From assembly GCF_018977255.1 (NCBI RefSeq), contig NW_024704742.1, forward strand, positions 102,488,001 through 102,548,000: 60,000 nucleotides of DNA, in the 5' to 3' direction. The notes beneath the pieces are model-generated. The model was given only the letters and a program-made list of their open reading frames with translations. It was not told the DNA's origin and did no database searches. Positions 24,133 through 35,988 of this stretch are shown piece after piece; position 1 is the stretch's first letter, and each line of letters starts with the position of its first letter. The stretch comes from Callorhinchus milii. Its lineage: Eukaryota. The position numbers and the translations under genes were made by a program.

Positions 24133-24894
24133 CTATTTAATCTCATTTTTGGTGCATCCTGCTGTATTGTTCTAGGTTTGTTTTCTCAATCCCATTTAAA
24201 ATGTTATACACCCTTATAATGTCCTCTAAGATGTCTCCTTTCACATTCCTGCAGGTAAAGTTGTCAGTCTCGAGGGGACTGGTGACACCTTTCATGTGTC
24301 ACCAGTCTGAATGATTAGCTAAAAGCTCAGCCAATGAGCAGCAATATGATGACAGCTGAAGCAAGCATTTACATTTACCAGTAGTGGTACTGTCCCTTCC
24401 AGGGAACCCCTAAAAACATAAGAATGCAGGAATGTAAGGGAATCAAAAAAGACCACTATGTCATCTGGATAGTACTACAATAATAAATCAAGAGATGGGT
24501 CCCAGCTCTTCTTGAGGCCACTGTGCCAAACCGTTTACAGTACAAGACTACCATCATGGCTAGGGCTCAGTCAATGCTACCAGTGCAATCTAAGCGGAGC
24601 TCTGAAAGCAAAACTATAACAATACCACTGTTTGATGTAGAGCATTATCATGTCGAAAAATGGCACTATCATGTGGTTCACATAGCTTACGTTTAAGTGA
24701 AGTGGCAAATACAAAATACAGCAGCGAATGTTAACCAAAAATGACCCATAGGTAGTAATGAGATGGAAACCCAATTAATCTGTTTTGTATACATATGAAT
24801 TTGGATGAGGGAAGGATACTGGGAGTCAGCACAGGTATTATTGACTGAATGGTTTCCTTTTGTGCTGTAAATTTCCATGATTCTGTTCCATAAT

Positions 24895-25557
24895 CTGTCC
24901 TTTGGATGAGACATTGAACCAAGGTCCTGTTCAGGTGGAAGTTAAAGATCCCATGGCACTATTCGAAAAGAGAGGGGAGTTTCTTCTGGTGTCCTGGCCA
25001 ACAATCCCCAAAGTCCTTTATCTCAGTATTTAGAGCATTCGCCTCGCAGCGAGAGACCTGTGTTCGATTCCTGGCAAGGTGAAATGTTGGGCAAGTTTCC
25101 TTACACAACATGCCTCTGTTTACCTAGCATTAAGTAGGAACCTGGTTATTATTCAAATGGCAGATCGCTTTTCCGGGAGTAAAAATTCCTTCAAAAAATA
25201 ATAATACTAAATTGGTCACCTCAATCCACGACAGTTTGTAATACACTGCTGTGCGGAATTGGCTGCTGCATTTCGCCCACAAAAATATACAATCAATTCA
25301 ATTTACAGTATATTCTGTGAAGCGTTTTGAGACTCTTGAAGATGCGATAAGGCCCTATATCAAATGCAAGGATTATTATTATAGAATTAGTTACTCACTC
25401 CATAGCTGTTTGTGGGACACTGCTGTGCCCAAACTGGTTGCCACGTTTCTTTCACAAATACACAGTCAATCCACTTTATTGTATAATTTGTGATGCATTT
25501 TGAAATATCTCAACAATGTGATAATGGCACTATATCAAATGTAAGGGTTATTATTAT
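24895..25557 (+). mobile_element. Older Deu-SINE interrupted by a long-subfamily young SINE (about 25012-25381)
   Basis: Well-preserved Deu core GGATGAGACATTGAACCAAGGTCCTG..GTTAAAGATCCCATGGCACTATTCGAAAAGAGAGGGGAGTTTCTTCTGGTGTCCTGGCCAACA. The 3' half resumes at about 25385. Confidence 0.88.
25012..25381 (+). mobile_element. Young SINE, long subfamily
   Basis: TAGAGCATTCGCCTCGCAGCGAGAGACCTGTGTTCGATTCC..GCCTCTGTTTACCTAGCATTAAGTAGGAACC. Confidence 0.9.
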
Positions 25558-25559
25558 GA

Positions 25560-25738
25560 TACCAGGAGGATTCTCTGCTCTTCTTCAAAATGTGCCGTGG
25601 GATTTTTAACATCCACCTGAACCACCACAATCAAACACGGCCTCAGTTTAACATGTCATCCAAAGTACTGTACCTCCAGCAGTGCAACACAATTTTTTCT
25701 ACAATCCAGAAGTGAGAGTGTTATCAACTGAGCCAAAG
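25560..25738 (-). mobile_element. Older Deu-SINE 5' part, inverted relative to its neighbour
   Basis: GTGCCGTGGGATTTTTAACATCCACCTGA..GGCCTCAGTTTAACATGTCATCC..GAGAGTGTTATCAACTGAGCCA. Confidence 0.8.
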
Positions 25739-26005
25739 TTACACTACAAAGCTGGCATTTTTCACGCTTCAGCAGCATTATTTAAGTATTTAGATAAATA
25801 TACCTGAATCATGCAGCTTCTGACAAGCTGCTAAACTAAAGCCACTTTTGGCAGACAATTTGGACACAAGAGGTAAGCAGCCAGAGCCATTCAACCTAGT
25901 ACCTTCCTAATGTTCTTGTTTTCTTCCTTCTTTCTCCAATTTTCTTCACTACTATCAATGATCGTGACTCTTGCTAGGGTACCGATGCCTTTTGGGACCT
26001 CACCC

Positions 26006-26345
26006 AAACAACAACAACAAGTTGCACTGGTGCTTTTCACATGGGGAGGATATCCTAAGATGCTGGACAGTTAAGGGTTTGCACCCGAGCTGGAGGTTGG
26101 AGTCGAGAGGCATGGAGGGCAAGTGGGGTGGGGTGGAAGGATGACCAAAGGGCGCAGTCAAAGTGGAAGGTCTTGAGATGGGCTTTGAAAGAGGCAAGGG
26201 AGAGGGCGAAGCGGAAGAGCTGCAGGATCCAGTTCCAGAGATTGGGGGGAAAGGCTGAAGGCCTAACTGTCGATGGTGGAGTGCGCAAGGCGTGGGACAT
26301 GGAGCAGGCCAGTGCCCACTGAGCAGAGAAGCGGAGAGGTTAGTA
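26006..26345 (-). mobile_element. L2 3' end nested in a family B SINE (flanks about 25920-26005 and 26400-26505)
   Basis: (CAA)n tail; minus-strand peptide AFPPNLWN..SLASFKAHLKTFHFD. Confidence 0.88.
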
Positions 26346-26609
26346 ATGTTAGTAGTTCAGTTTAGGTTGGTAACGTTTTAGTAGTTTGGTTCAAAGTGGA
26401 ATCTTCATTGTGTCAATGGCACAGAACCACAGTGTAGCCCAGGTAATGAGTGTTGGTCGGCTATTTAACCAAAGAAGACATCACAGTCGAGCCTGGTTCT
26501 CTCTTCAACAACAACAAACGACAACAAATTTCATTTTTATAATGCCTTTCACATCAGGAAGACATCCCAAGGCACTGGACAGTCAGGGATCCGCACTTCA
26601 CCCTCATAA

Positions 26610-26727
26610 GCTACAGAGATATAGGAACGGGCAAGTAAATAGGACAGAAAGCTTTGCTCTTCAAAGAGCCAGCATGGACACGATGGGTCAAATGGCCTTC
26701 TTTTGTGCTGTAAATTTCTATGATTCA
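26610..26727 (+). mobile_element. CR1 3'UTR
   Basis: GCTCTTCAAAGAGCCAGCATGGACACGATGGGTCAAATGGCC..GTGCTGTAAATTTCTATGATTC. Confidence 0.85.
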
Positions 26728-27417
26728 ATGCACTCTCCAAAAGCAATTCTCCGTGGATTCTTACCTGCCAGGGATGACCAGAGCTCAGACAATTGAGGAA
26801 AGAAATATCTCCACAAGGCACAAAATAATCCATTACTACCTACACTAATGGAAGAAGAAGGACATAACCTACCATGTTACATCTGTAAAATCACACTGTT
26901 GATCGGTCTGCCCAGTGTAGCCTCAAACTGATCACAAATCTCGCCTGTTCCAGGACAACCAGACCTTCCCTGCCAAAAGGATTGAGAAGTTATAAAAGGT
27001 GAGAAAAGGGTTAGAAACCCTTGGAATCTTCATCCTCAGTGGCTTCTCAATGTTAGTCGTACCTAGTGGATTCAGCTACAAAAATGAGCAGCTGCTATTG
27101 ATTGCAACCCTTGTTTTAGGAAAGCAACCATCTTCTCCCACTGTTTGTGTAGGATGTTTTGGCAAACTGGTATCCAAATGAACAGGTGGAAGCCTCAACA
27201 GTGTTTGAAATGCATCTAGATGAATCCCAGAATGGCTTTTTCAGCTGCTCTTGATGCCTTCCATGTGTTTCACAGAGGAGATGTGGTTGGGATGTGGTCC
27301 AGTGCACTGGAGCAACAAAAGTGAAGTAGACATTGCCACACCTGTCAGCTACCATCTGTAGCAGCCCTGCATGAAAGGAAATGCTCAGTAATTCCCCTAA
27401 TTACCATTTTGTTGTTA

Positions 27418-27675
27418 TTGTTCTCCTATCTTCCATCCTCATCTACCACTGAACATGCAATACACTTACTGGGAGTAAAATCCCACTGGTACCAGCATCT
27501 GATGGAAGTGACTACTCTTCACATGTGAGCCAAGCTAGTAAGTAAATGTTGGCAGAACACTTGACCATGGGGAGTAGCACAACCAAGCTCAACCCTATTC
27601 TCACTCAAAATGCACACCAACATGCATTCCAGCAGTGGTCACTGGATAGTGATCAGGTGTGTGATAACTGGAGTG
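27418..27675 (-). mobile_element. Ancient family B SINE, 3' two-thirds
   Basis: TCTTCACATGTGAGCC..GTTGGCAG..TTGACCATGGGG..CCAGCAGTGGTCACTGGATAGTGATCAGG. Confidence 0.7.
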
Positions 27676-28330
27676 CAGCACCTCAAATGCCACCTATGGT
27701 CATCTTCTGCTTTGAAGTGTTTGCATAAAGCATTATTTCATGAATCTAAGTTCAAATCTCCCTGGAACCTTAATTTATCAAAGTAACAATAATATTGATG
27801 GGAGAAACAGCTTAGGAGAGGGATCCAGCATGCTGTTTTGTCAAGCGTGTCTTAACCAGTCTGTTTCAGCATTATCTTTGAACGCTCAAAGAGCTTTACG
27901 GCTTTGAAAGTGCACCTTTGTTTTCTTTCTTATAAAACTTGGTAATGTGATTTTCTATCAGTCTGTATCACTGAGCATTCATGGAGGATTAGGGAAACGT
28001 GTAGAGTTGGGCTCAGGTCAGGTACTCTTTAAATGAACTAAAAAATAAACAGTGATATACTAAACTAAAAAAAGTGTTAATGATACAGTATGTTAACTTG
28101 ATATATCACTTTGAAATGTTGCAAAGTGCTTCACACAAGCTTTACACTGTTTGGGTCACTTTGAAGTACTGTGACTGTCTTTATAATAATAATAATCCTT
28201 ACATTTGTTATAGCACCTTTCATGTCAGGGGGATGTCTCAAAGCACCTCACAGGATAGTGTAATTTGTAGACAAACGTTATGTTGCCGAATATAATTATT
28301 TGCCCTACCTGGGACAAATTTTTAAGATTT

Positions 28331-28681
28331 GAGTCCTGTAGCCTATCGGTTAGAACACAGATTCTAACAGATTCGATTCCCGGGCAGGGTGAAACCTTAG
28401 ACAAGTTTCTTTACTCTACAAGCCTCTGTTTACCTAGCAGTAAATAGGAACCCGGTTGTTAGTTGATTGTCAGATCGCTTTCCGGGGATAATAATCCCTT
28501 TTAAAAAAATTTGGTCACTCAATCCATGACTGTTTGTGGGACACTGCTGTACCCAATTGGCTGCAGAGTTTCGCCCACAAAACATACAGTCAATTCAACT
28601 TACAGTATATTCTGTGAAGCGCTTTGAGATGCCTCGAAGATGTGATATGGTGCTATGTCAAATGCAAGGATTGTTATTATT
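28331..28681 (+). mobile_element. Young SINE, long subfamily
   Basis: GAGTCCTGTAGCC..TTCGATTCCCGGGCAGGG..GCCTCTGTTTACCTAGCAGTAAATAGGAACCCGGTTGTTAG, then the tail. Confidence 0.92.
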
Positions 28682-28794
28682 AAGAAGCTATTTTTCTAAT
28701 GATCTCCTGCAACCTCTGCACTGACAAATGATTCAGTGCTACTGACGTGCGGATCTTGATTGGAGCAAAATAATAGGAGGTGATGAAAACTGCT

Positions 28795-29025
28795 TTTCTC
28801 AAATGTGTTTGAGAAATCCCTCTGCCTCACCCCCTCTGCTTTTCTCCTGTCTGAAGACCTTCCTCTTCAATCGTGCCTTCGGCCTCCCTCCCACCCCACC
28901 CCCCCCCCGCCCACTTCCCCTTCTGATCCCAACTCCCAGCTCGAGTCCAAAATCCCTGATTCTCCAGCGCACTGGGACATCTTTCTGACATGAAGGGCGC
29001 TATATAAGTGTAACTTATTGTTATT
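28795..29025 (+). mobile_element. L2 3' end
   Basis: LKTFLFNRAF peptide; tail CAGCGCACTGGGACATC..GAAGGGCGCTATATAAG. Confidence 0.85.
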
Positions 29026-29199
29026 TACTTTCCCATTACAAAGTAGGAAGCACAGACTGGATGTATTGCAAATTGATTGGTGAAAAATAACTGAAGTGTT
29101 TCCTTTCATCTCACACAACATGGGTTACAACTTCTAATCATTGATACGTCCAGTCAGCACCGCCCACTGAGACAGTTCTGCTTGGACCTATCACTTAAT

Positions 29200-29505
29200 A
29201 TTCCACTTTTTCAACAATCTGTCAAATTTCCCTTTTAATATGATTTATGGGCTTTGCTTCAACTTAGTTTGTGGCAGAAAAATCCATATTCCAACCACCC
29301 TCTGTGTAAAGATAAATTTTCTAACCTCCCTTTTAATTCTTTTTCTATTATAATTTTCCCCTCTGACTCATCCAACGCTGGAAATAATCTATTGATATTT
29401 ACCTTATCGGAAACTATTCATAATTGTGAAGACTGCAATAAGGTCATGGCTTAACCTTTTCAGATCTTGATTTAAAATAAATACCCGAACTTCTCAAGTC
29501 TCTAT
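29200..29505 (-). mobile_element. Old CR1 fragment
   Basis: Reverse complement TCTTTACACAGAGGGTGGTTGGAATATGG encodes FTQRVVGIW. Confidence 0.75.
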
Positions 29506-29514
29506 CTCCACTAG

Positions 29515-29820
29515 TAGAGGAGTCACCAACGAGGGGCCATAGTTATAAAATAGTCTAACAAAAGCGAAGGGAGCTAAAGAGCAGTGTTTTCACACAGAGT
29601 TATTGCGGAATGTGGAATGCCCGGCCAGTAAGGTGGTAAAGGCAAAGTCCTTTGTGGGTTTCAAGAGGAAAGTAGATAAGTATATGAAGGGTATACAAGG
29701 CTTGAAGGGATATGGGTTAGGACAGGGGAATGGGATTCAATGCAACTCTTGCTCTGAGAGCTGGTGCAAACTCAATGTGTTGATTGGGCTCTTTCTGTGC
29801 TGTAAATTTCTATGATTCTC
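29515..29820 (+). mobile_element. CR1 3' end
   Basis: ACGAGGGGCCATAGTTATAAA (TRGHSYK), TTCACACAGAG..GGAATGTGGAAT, and tail CTGTAAATTTCTATGATTCT. Confidence 0.88.
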
Positions 29821-32800
29821 TCTTCAAAACTGAGAACTCTTATCCCTGGAGGTGGGAAGGATAAAAAAAAACTACACTGAAAATAAGATCTGTCGTAAAT
29901 GACTGACTGAACTAAGGGGGTAAAAATATATAAATTCTGCATTTTCTTGAACAATGTAAATTGGATAGAAACACTCATAGAATGTTGCTACCTGGGCTAC
30001 GGTGGGAATGGGCTGTATGGGTGGAATGAACTCTTCTTTCATACTTGCTTTTGTTCTTATCAACTCTTTGCATGACGTTCAAGTGTTTTATATATAGACA
30101 ATTCCTGAAAAACTGTGTGAATGAATGAATAATAAATAATAATCCTTACTTTTGATATTACGTCCTCGGGGAAATCTCAGAGTGCTTCACAGGATTTACT
30201 GTGAAGTGTAGTGACCGTGTATTTTGTAGGCGAATATGCAGCAGACAATTTCTACACATCAATGTCCCATAATAAATGTGTTTGAGACCTGGTTTCTATC
30301 AAAGTAACTTCAGGCACCACAGTAGGTGTGAAACCATCATCTGACCTGCATGCCTTGCCTCTTGTCAGAATGGCTTGGGAACAGAAAACCAACTGATGAC
30401 ATAATGGCAGAATGGCAGGGCAACGTATGGTATCTTTGTTGTGCCACATATCTACACCCGAAGAAGGAAAAGTAAGGCATTGATGCCCTTACACCCATTG
30501 TAAAACTGAGGCCATAGAAATCTGGTGGCAGGTCCCCAAGGGACCGTGGGAGTAAAACTATGCACACCCTAGGGCTAAGAAAAGATGTCACCTATGTTAA
30601 AAATTAATATCAAAGGATTAAGGAGGGGGAGTGAAATTCCTGTTACTTAACATAGCAAACTTTATTGATGTGGATTTGTAATCCATTATAAGTTTAGCAC
30701 CTAGAGGAATTTCTCATTCTTATGTCTTATTGCTATTTTTAATAGTTAATCAACAAGGCCTAGGAAAACAATCCTTAAAATGAAACTATTTTTAAGTTGT
30801 TGCCATTCTCCACAATTCTACATGCAATCGTTTTGTTAACAATAAGTTCATTAATAACAGTGCTTGACATTTCTGGTCTAATGTATCCAGTACAGGGTTT
30901 ATCAATAACTGCTGCGCACTATTTCTAAATTGAGACCTTTTGCCCAGTTTGGGAAGCTATTACATGCAGAGCTGGGCTAATCGTTCTTCCGCAGGATGGG
31001 AGATCCCTTCCTGCTGTAAATCCAGTACTTCCTTTTCCAGGATGGCTGATTGCAGCAGATAGCACCAACCTTTCATCTCATAACAACGTAGAATGTACGC
31101 AGAATCCTGTTGAACCACGTAAAGATTTCTGCCCCATGTCCTCTATCCTGTACGTAGTTCCATTGTATACACTGGCATGTGGTCGGTCAGAATTATCTGT
31201 TAACAGTACCTCTGCTGGCTACTATCAGGAATAGTAGGCTCTGACAGTGTTGAGCTGGGCTCATCAGAAAGGTTTTAAACCAAAGAAAACAAGGTAACGT
31301 TTAACTTTTTATGTTGTTTATTTGTAGCAATTTAGAGGATTGTAAGTGGTGAAAATCCAGATGTTAAATATGAGTACGTTCTATGAGCCTATTTTTTTGA
31401 CTCTACAGTATAGTAAAATGCATTGCTCTGTGATGGACTGAAGCCCTCCCACAAAAATTGATAGGATCCTCAGTGAAAAAAGCCTTCTGTTTTCAATTGG
31501 AGATGTGATAAAATCTTACAGAAAACCCAGCAGTAATTGAGGATTTCTTGGAAAGGTATTCATTGTCTTTTACTTTTGCGCAGTTTTACCATTTGTTCGT
31601 GTTTGGACTAAAGCCCTCATGAGCCATAAACAGAGCCCATGCTCTATTAGGTTAGAAATTCAATGCACTTCAAAGATCAAACGGGAGAAAAAGAACGGTT
31701 GTGTTTAGGGAGGTCACATCCCTATTGTGTCCCATTGGTACCAAGCTCACAGAGGTTACATTTACTTTGGGTCAGGGTGAACCGAGGCAAATGCAATTCC
31801 CCGGGGTTTGTGCTGAGGTTCATTTCCGAACCAGTAAACGCCCCAGGAGGTATTCATTTAACTGTCTAATGCACAGTTTGCTTGGTTAAAATTGATAGAT
31901 CTGCAGGGTAGAGGGGTGAAATTTATAACAGGCTGAGCAAATCTCCCAGTATACAAACTGGATATGTGTTTATGAAGAAATCAGCAGCACATTTACCCAG
32001 TGATATAAGATGCACGAAATGCAAACTCACCCTCAAAGCTCATCTGTGGGTGTGGAATATATGGCGCTTTATACCCTCCTGATCTGTGACAAAACTGAAC
32101 TGTCCTCAGAAATAATTGACTTTACCGGCAATTGTATTGTTACCAGGAACTATATTGTTACCAGACACTGCATCCACTCAGCATTAGAAGCAAAGGAGTT
32201 AAAGCTTGTGTTTATCTTGTAATTGCTGAAGATACTTGAGCACTATCCTCTCCCATTCATCATCTGAGAGACATACAATATGTGCGAGGTAGACCTGCTG
32301 TGCAAACACTGGTGAAATTTTCTAATCTACCATACCCTGACGGCATGGTAATTTCTCTCCTGAAAATTGAGGCCATCAGCCGGTGTGATGGACAGTCCTG
32401 CTGTGCGTGACTAACAGGTGCAGGCACAGATAGATTTCAGCAGAGATGTTTAAGTTATCATTACTGAGTGTCCCCTTGTCGTAATGAGTCGTGCAGATTT
32501 TTCAGTCTGAATGGTTGCGTTGTGCACTGTCAAGAAACAAAATGAAAGTAAGTGCCCAACAATGCAACAAAGGCAAGTGAGAAATATCAGCTATAGGTTG
32601 AATGCAAGTATCCTTCTTCAGCTGAGCAGTGGTTCAAAATCAAATGGGTATAAGATTAACAAGACAGGTGTTTCTTCCTATACCCGCAGTGGACGGCTGT
32701 GTTTGAGGAGCAGTCATCGGGGTAGAAGGTGGAAAGTAAGTGAGCGCCACCATTTGCTCTGTTCTGCTTAGTAATTTCATTATGGTGCCAGTATGTGTTG

Positions 32801-33719
32801 AAAGGGGAGCCATAAGGTTCGAGATAAGAGCAGAACAATTAGCTTTATAGATCCATGCTAAATTACCCATGCACTTTATTGATTAATTGGCAATGTTTAA
32901 AATTATCCTCCAGTGACAATTAATGCAGATATTTTGACGCTGAAATCCTGATGAATACGAATTTAAAAAACATTTGCTGCGTTAAAGCACTCTCTTTCGT
33001 TTTGATCAATTGAAATACATTTAAACATTACTTGATTTTTCTACATTGCTTCGGCAGCAAAACCTTGACAGTGAGCTCACCCTGAAGACAACACTTCACA
33101 GCAATAATATTTATGCATTGAGTGGTTTCACTAGGGAGACCACTGTTTGTAAACAGAGAAGCATAAGGTTGAGCACTGATTATTTTTCCTTTGCTGCACC
33201 ACTTGGTTGCATTTGTCTTTGAGTAGCAATGCAGGTGGCCATCAAGACTTTCGTTTGAAGCCAAAGCCTTGAACTGGGCACTTGAGACAAGTGGAAGAAA
33301 AGGGACTGAGCCTTTCCTACTTATTTTCCTAGGCTCTTCCCAAAACGTGTTTTTTTGTAAGAAACCTTTCACGACCCAGTTACTTTGAAAGCAAAGGAAA
33401 TGTATGGCAGTGCAACAGTACTCAGTGATGCCTCAAAGGCTTGTGCAGTGAAATTCAGCTCCTCAACTGGTTACCTATGGTTGTATTGAGAGTGAAAAGC
33501 ATGGCTCTAAATTCACCCACTGCCCTGAGCTTCACGTTTTATTCAGCAGTTTTAGCAATTTCACGATTAAAGGCTTTCTGCTTTAAAGAGCCCCAGAACA
33601 ATTATCAGTCACCCACACACATATTTGTGATGAGTGTGGGGGGAATTTTTCAAAAGAATGTTCCTGAAAGTATAACAATAATTTAGACAAACCTGGGTAA
33701 CTGTAAACCCACAAACCTG

Positions 33720-34005
33720 ATTGCTCCCATTGCTCAGCGGGCACTTGCCTGCTTCACATCCCCACCATTGGCAGTCGGACTTTCAGCGTATCTGTCTCCA
33801 CTCTCTGGAACTGCATCCTCTGACTTATGTATTCTCTCGCTTCCTTCAAGGTCCACCCCAAAACTCTTCCTCTTTGACCGCGATTTCGGCCATCGTTCCC
33901 CCTCACCCCACCCCTTCTGTTCACACCCACAGCTCGGATGCAAACCTTAGAACGTCCAGTGCTATGGGATGTCCAACCACATGAAAAGCACTAAATGTAA
34001 TTTTT
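33720..34005 (+). mobile_element. L2 3' end
   Basis: CCCCACCATTGGCAGTCGGACTTTCAGC..CTCTGGAAC..TTCCTCTTTGACC..GGGATGTCC. Confidence 0.85.
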
Positions 34006-35602
34006 TATTCTATTGTACTGTATAGACATTTAAAAAAAATGTTGGTTGGAAAGAAGCTACACAAAAATACGTTTGATGTGCAAGATTTTTTAGGAAATGT
34101 AAAAATTCTGTGAGTTACAGTTAGAACGAGTGATGTGATAATTATCACGTTGTTGATAGAGGTTGCCATCAAGACCAGCCCATAACAGTAGACTGGCATA
34201 TGGGACATGAGACTGACATCTATAACGTGGAAGTGTCTCAAATGTGAAAGATGCATCACATTGAATGATAAAAACATGTAAATGAGTAATGTTTTAACAA
34301 TTAAATATAAATGGCATACTTAACACAGTTGGTCAGGTTGTTTAAGTGATGATTTAGTGATACTTTATTATTTTTACCAGAGGATTTGAGCTTAGTCAGT
34401 GCTGTTTGTGTGAGCGCTGAGTGAAATCGAAAACCAAAAGAAGAGATTGACAATGGGTTTACTCTGCAACTACTGTACAATAACAAAGCAACAGATGTGC
34501 CTTCCTGACCCACAAGAATGGAGACTGATTGAGGCTTTTTGATTCCTCTGCTCTCTCTCTCTCTCTCAGCTGAACAGAGAGAAGCTGAGGTAAGCAAATC
34601 GATTGGTGTCACTGGTGAGAGTGCTGAATACAACCTGCAGGACAATGGCAGTAACCTCGGGACATATGACAACATTTTGTTACTACCACCATTGTTTTGC
34701 TATGTAAATGGGGCTTTGTGATGGTATCCAATGTTTATGGAAAGTGTACTGCAGGGGAGGAGATAGGGAGAGGATCAACTAATCCTGGTAATGGCATCTG
34801 GAAAAGATAATAAATAAAGAAAAGTGTAGTCTACCTGGGCACATAGATACTGCAGATTAATCCTTTAACTCTCTGAACAACTCTGCTCGAACTAATAAAT
34901 CTGAAACGGTTTCCTTTTCATTCTGAGCAATCTTCGTTTGTGGATTAGTAACGGAGGATTTCATTTTGCTGAACAATCTATAAAATATTCACCATGAAGC
35001 TCTCAATCTTATATTTTTCAAGTTGAAATTCTTCATACAGTGATTAACTAGGTTAAATATTCCCGACGTTTATAGAGACCCAAAATGTCCAACAAACTTT
35101 GATATATCATTGATGAATAAACGTGTATATTTCAAAGTATTTTTTGGCCATCTCTCCCAACAAGACCAAATATGTTCTAACCTGAGCATATTTAAGATAA
35201 ATATAGAGCTTTCCAAACCACTGGCAATGTTATCCTTAAGTAAGCTGAGATCTTAAGTCATTTTGACTTGTTCTTTGCCTGACTGTCTTTTTGCTGTAGC
35301 TCCTTTTAGTTACGGTCAATAGAAACATTAAGTTGAAAGTGTAACATAGCTCATTTCCTGGAGTGCTGCTTTGCAGTTTTGTATCTACAGCTTCAGATCT
35401 TATTTGATATCAATTTTTTGACCACATTTCTAATGAAAGGGGCCCCTTGAGCATTTCTCAGTCGTTTTCTATATGAGCCATTGTATTAATCAGGAACTAA
35501 CCTATGCCAGGATACAGTTCCACAGATGCTGGTGGGCTTTTTATACCTCACCACAGAGCCTTTCCTCAGGTACAAAAGTATACAGTGTATATACAGGGGT
35601 CA

Positions 35603-35988
35603 CCCTGACTCAATTCATGGCACTCTCATCTCTGGGTTCAAGCCCATGGTTGAGATTTTCAGATCATAGATTGGCAGACCACTACATTTCCAGAAGTTCT
35701 GTTCTTTGATGCAATGTTAAACTGAGATTCTGTCAGTCTGTTTTCGTGGATGTTAAAGACCCCGCTGTTTGTAAAGAGAAGGGAGTTTCTCCATTGTCTG
35801 ACCAAAATCCTCCAGATAAAATTGATCATTCACTTCATGACTGTTTGTGGAACATAGCTGTGTGTAAATTGGCTACCTCATTTGCCTACAAATACACAAT
35901 TACTATATTTTACAGAAGCTTTGTGAAGCGGTTTGAGACAATCTCAACATTATATCAATAATTATTATTATTACGTATTATTATTATA
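35603..35988 (+). mobile_element. Older Deu-SINE
   Basis: GGGTTCAAGCCC head; GTGGATGTTAAAGACCCC..GAGAAGGGAGTTTCTCC..GACTGTTTGTGG..AAATTGGCT; (ATT)n tail. Confidence 0.8.

Noticed and set aside
26860..26920. RTE-like C-terminal motif (PCYICK..LIGLPS)
   Set aside because: The match is too short to support without a search.
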